Shown in pieces: positions 59,760 to 64,000 of a stretch of DNA of 64,000 nucleotides. The translations under genes and the position numbers were made by a program. Below the pieces are notes generated by a model. It was given only the letters and a program-made list of their open reading frames with translations, was not told where the DNA came from and ran no database searches. The stretch's first letter is position 1; each line of letters begins with the position of its first letter. This DNA comes from Eledone cirrhosa (Eukaryota), in assembly GCA_964016885.1 (NCBI GenBank), contig OZ024742.1, forward strand, positions 109,678,001 to 109,742,000. The letters are read 5' to 3'.

Positions 59760-61035
59760 TTACGAAGTATGTGGACGGTACTTGTTAGAAATATCTTTTG
59801 GATTTCATATATGCTAGGTTTACCAGATACGGGTTCTTGAAACTTTTGAACGCCTTTCTTTATGACACCTAGAGCTCCTATCACTACTGGAATAGTTTTT
59901 TTTTTATTTTAAGGTGCTACATTCTGTTTATCTTAATTTGTAAATCTTTATATCTTGTAAGTTTTTCATACACTTTTCCTGACACATTTCTATCAATCGG
60001 TACTGTTATGTCAATGAGTAAGCAGATCTTTCTTTTAAAATCTTTAATAGTAATATCAGGGAGGTTTGCATTAATAGTGTGATGTGTTTGAATGGTAAAA
60101 TCCCAAAAGATTGTTACTCCTTCAGTCCCAATTACTGATTGTGGTTTGTGTTTTGCTTTGTATTTTTTGTATATTATCCAGTGGATGTATTTCCCCACCC
60201 TATCATGTCTAATCTTATATTCAGTTGGTGCTAACATGGAACATACTGATATTATATTGTCAATTGTTTCACGAAACAGCGCAGACCCCAAATGCAGGAT
60301 ATGTACGTCACTTACCCAGCATTCTAGGTCTACTCCATTTATGAGAATGCTTGCCTGATAATTACTAGTAAAGAGGCTCTCGTCCTCGGCAGCAAAAATA
60401 AAGCCTTTAATTTTGAACTTCACAGTCATTGATGGATTCCAACTAGATCTACATGAGCATCTTCGGTGCGAAATAGGAATTAGCCATGCAGAGGTTTTTG
60501 TTGCCATTTTCTCTAAATGTTTTCACACCTTCTAGCTTTGAATTGTTTCTGTAAATTTTTGCGACCTTAGTCGGAATTAGGTCAGCTTCATTATTTAGAT
60601 GTATGTCTTCAGTTTTTAGTTATTTCCTGTACTTTCCTGCCTCTTTGAATACTGAATGGAATTTCTTTTGGTTTTCGTGTTCCCTTAATAACACCCTCAT
60701 CCACTCATTGGTACTCTCTAGGTTTTTATAAGCCTATTGTAGCTATTTTGTATGACAGTTCGCGTTGAATTAGCCCTCTTTCTCCTCTTGTCTTGGCAAA
60801 TATAGGCGATCTACGTCTCCCTGGGGTGATGTATTTTGTTGGCTGTAAGGAGTTCTCGAGTTTGGGAGTCCATTCTTTGAAGATCAGATAAGTTCCAACT
60901 GATGATATTATAACTGTATCGTACCACTGTTATAGCTAAGGTGTTTATGGTCTGGAAACGATTTTTAGAATTTAGTTCAGGTTTCAAGATCAGCCTGACT
61001 CTTCTGTAATATTATTTCCGTATTTTCTCTTTCAA
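59760..61035 (-). pseudogene. R4/Dong-like retrotransposon (third family), decayed RT C-terminus, knuckle and REL endonuclease
   Basis: ORF 59917-60507 has ETIDNIISVCSMLAPTEYKIRHDRV and FWDFTIQTHHTINANLPDITIKDFKRKICLLIDITVP; upstream minus-strand sequence reads INTLAITVVRYSY and DVDRLYLPRQEERGL. Confidence 0.88.
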
Positions 61036-61240
61036 CAACACTTTCGCAGCCACCGCTACAACAGCAGCTGAATTATTCACCATTGACATACAGAAAAGAG
61101 GACCATTTGACACATGTCGCCAAGATAATTACGTGGCAAAACTCAAAGTTGTTAATAACATTATTAATTTTTGGTCGATTTTCATAAGACGTGTTTCATT
61201 TTGAACAGTATAGTAATAGAAGACCGGATTAGCACATTAG

Positions 61241-61621
61241 TTAAGCACCAGCCTTGTCCATCAGTGTTTGTAATTGTCTGGGTATATCCTCGACTGACTT
61301 CATTAGGAACTCGGGCGGTATGTTGGTCAGTACATGACAAATGCGTTCCTCTAATTGAGTTAGAGTTTTGGGTTTGCGGCTGTAAACATCCTCCGCCTGT
61401 ACAAAGAACAATTCGCATAGCGTTAAATAAGGGCTTCTTGCTAGCCATTCATGAGTACCTCGACGACACAGCCAACGTCCTGGAAATCGGACATCAAGCT
61501 ACTCACGGGCAGTGCATGCAAACTGAGGAGGGTGCCCCATCTTTTTTTAATATGAGGTCATTGATGTTGTCCCAAAAGTTATAAGTAATTTTCAATAGGG
61601 AGTTTCTTTCAACCCACCCTG
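61241..61621 (-). pseudogene. Tc1/mariner-superfamily transposase C-terminal relic (maT/DD37D-like) with one TIR
   Basis: Minus strand DGAP (frameshift) LDVRFPGRWLCRRGTHEWLARSPYLTLCELF..VYSRKPKTLTQLEERI..AGA-stop, resembling WPxRSPDLxPxDFF; TIR-like TA|CAGGGTGGGTTGAAAG at 61623-61606; missed by the ORF track. Confidence 0.8.
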
Positions 61622-61769
61622 TATTAGGGACCAGGTTACTGGAAGCTTAACGCGTCGTTCCTGGTGCGTTAAGCCTACAGAGACCAGATTAGCACATTAG
61701 TTAAGCACTAAGTTGACTGAGCAGTCGTCAACAACAGATGATGGGGCTCTCTCAAGAGGGCGATTAATG

Positions 61770-63840
61770 TAGAATAAATAGCATTTAGTAAAGTAGCGGT
61801 AATGGAAAAATAGAAATGAGTGGAGGTTAGAAGCTAAATTAGAAAAGGCAATTATGAGTGGCATTGCAACCGACGTGCTAGCTGCAAGAATAGCTCTGGA
61901 CCATTTCTCCAATGTGAAACATTGTCAGAGCTCTGGTGCGTTCTCTAAAAAAGGAAGGAATGAAAGCTGTTCGATGATCCCGAGTGGTTGAGTTGAAACG
62001 TGGCAACAAAGCCACGATTGGGTTTTTCACGGACCGAGATGGGCGCGTTCTGCTCAATTCAAAGCAGATGTGTACGGTTTTTCGGCAACACTTTGCATAA
62101 CTGTTCGGGACGTGCATGGGGTTAGAGAAGGTAGCGGACTACGATTTCTACCTCCACATCCTGACGCGTCTCTCGATGACTGATGCGGAATGCTGCGAAA
62201 AGCCGATAACAGCATCTGAGATACGGGAAGTACTGGCTGGCTATACGATGCACACATCACCCGGTTTGGATAGTTTGCTCTATGAATTTTACGTAGATAT
62301 GCCAGACTTATCCCCGATATCCTCGAAGTTGTCTACCGCAACTGGCAAGAGAACGGGAACATTCCCAATTTTGTGAGTCAGGTCGTAGTAACACTGATGA
62401 GAATAGACGAGAACAAGGGGGAGGTTATATATGATTTCCGGCTTATAACTCTTCTCAACACAGAGTTTAAGATTTTGGCCAAGGAGCTGGCAACGAGGAT
62501 GGCGTTTTTTGTCAAAATTCTGGTAGTGGAGGCGCAGAAGTTTGCAATCCCGACCAGGTCCATACAAGACCTCATAGAAAGGGTAGAGAGTAAACCTGTC
62601 TTCGGTGAAGCTCTGATCAATTTGAATCAATCGAAAGCTTTCGATATGGTCGACCATCGATACTTGTAGGCTGTCCGCAATGCAGCCGGCTTTGGTCCAG
62701 TCTTCAGTGGCTGGATCGCTGCGATGCACAGCGGCATCTGATCGGTGGTCAAAGTGAATGGCCACATATCGGAACCATCCCAGATCATTCGTTCGGTCCG
62801 TCGAGGATGCCATCTCTCCTCCCTTCTGTACGTACTGTCCTTCGAACCACAACTTCGGAAGCTGGAGTTGTTGCAGGGGCATCCCGCTCTAACCGGGACA
62901 TGGAAGGGTTGTGTCGGCATATGCGGACGACGTCAGCGTGATGATATCAAACACCTCGGAAATCGGGGTTGTCGGCAACTTCTTGGGGGAATTTGAAAGC
63001 TTGACGGAAGCAAAGATCAACTCGGAAAGGACGGTGGGGCGGACTGGTGTAGTTGCTCGAGATCTGGTTTGGTCCAGATCTCCAGGTGGATAAGAACTGG
63101 AACGAAGTAACAGGCAAAATGCCCACTCTCACCTAGAAATGGGCCTAGAGGAAGCTATCGCTGAAAGGTCGGGCAGTGGTAGCGAAACCATACATGGCGT
63201 TCGTCATCTATTACTGCCTCACCAAATTGGAGCGCTTGCTCTTCAATTTCTAGGCCATTCCGTGGCTGATGATGCTAAAACATACGCTTAGACTAAGGTA
63301 TCTCTAGATATTCTTAAACAGTGAACAAGTGTAGTTACCGTTTATGAAACAGTTACTATCGCATGTAGGACAGACCCGTTGTTTATAGATCGATACTATC
63401 ATGAAGATTGTCCCACTGCCTTCTTTTAGTCACGAAGGACAGACAATTTTTCTCTGTCTGGTGGCTGTAGCGAAAGATGTGTGGTAGACAAAGCTGAAAG
63501 GACTGAAGACACACTTTACTCTTCGGCCAAGCCCTCATTAACTTTTTCAAGCTCCATTTGGAAATTAAGGTGATAGTGGAGAGGGAAGTGCTGTCTTTGT
63601 TAAAAATGGGTGAATGTAGCGAGAATGGTCTCAGCAAATGGACCAACGCTGACCATGCGCCTGTTAGTTGGAAAGTTTTAGAGAGGAGAGGGGCACATTT
63701 TGATAGTGCTCTTGAGGATTGGGGTGGTTTAGGATCTGTGGGTTTCACATGTTTCATGTAAATCCCCACTGTCCCTGTTTTTCTATTGTCCTTTATGTTT
63801 CGGCCTTAGTGACCAATAAAGAAATAATTATTATTATTAC
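61770..63840 (+). pseudogene. L1/Tx1-like LINE ORF2 relic (reverse transcriptase) with 3' UTR, AATAAA and (ATT)n tail
   Basis: Motifs SPGLDSL, FRLITLLNTEFKILAK, LNQSKAFDMVDH, VRRGCHLSSLLY and SAYADDVS across frameshifted ORFs. Confidence 0.92.
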
Positions 63841-64000
63841 TTATTTTCTCATCTATTTTTGTATTTTACTGTTTTTTAGTTTGTTTGATGTCTTTCTTTT
63901 TTTGTTTTTGTTTTTTGTTTGTTTGTTTATTCGTTTTTTTTTTTTGTTGTTTTGTTTTTTTGTTTCTTTGTAGCTGTTGAGAATTTAATTCTGTTGAACC

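Noticed and set aside
61171-61584. ORF-track proteins of 137 aa (+) and 88 aa (-)
   Set aside because: Wrong frames; the meaningful reading is a third, minus-strand transposase frame
62289-62882. 197-aa minus-strand ORF
   Set aside because: Antisense shadow of the LINE reverse transcriptase

Overview
AT-rich eukaryotic (animal) genomic DNA that looks intergenic or intronic. The extreme (TA)n/(CA)n/(CATA)n/(ATT)n load and the SINE families suggest an octopus-type cephalopod (inference). No intact host gene is recognisable, and almost all listed ORFs are microsatellite translations. The window holds about 20 copies of a tRNA-derived SINE with a Meta-like central domain and about 8 CORE-type SINE remnants. 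It also holds decayed L1/Tx1-like LINEs, R4/Dong-like retrotransposons with a restriction-like endonuclease, a Tc1/mariner transposase relic, a Tigger/pogo-like MITE and a 2.1-kb array of a 41-bp unit. Three signals stand out. (1) Several families of 100-400 bp fold-back mini-elements sit in (TA)n/(TG)n tracts; they carry minimal hammerhead-ribozyme-like cores, a poly(A) signal and a shared ACTCT(A/G)C..TTGAGTAC end motif, resembling Penelope pLTRs or retrozymes. (2) A 3.5-kb head-to-tail pile of R4-like elements shows every copy joining a (CATA)n tract. (3) Flanking DNA is repeatedly mirror-duplicated around (TA)n tracts. All family names come from motif recognition by eye, not from database searches.
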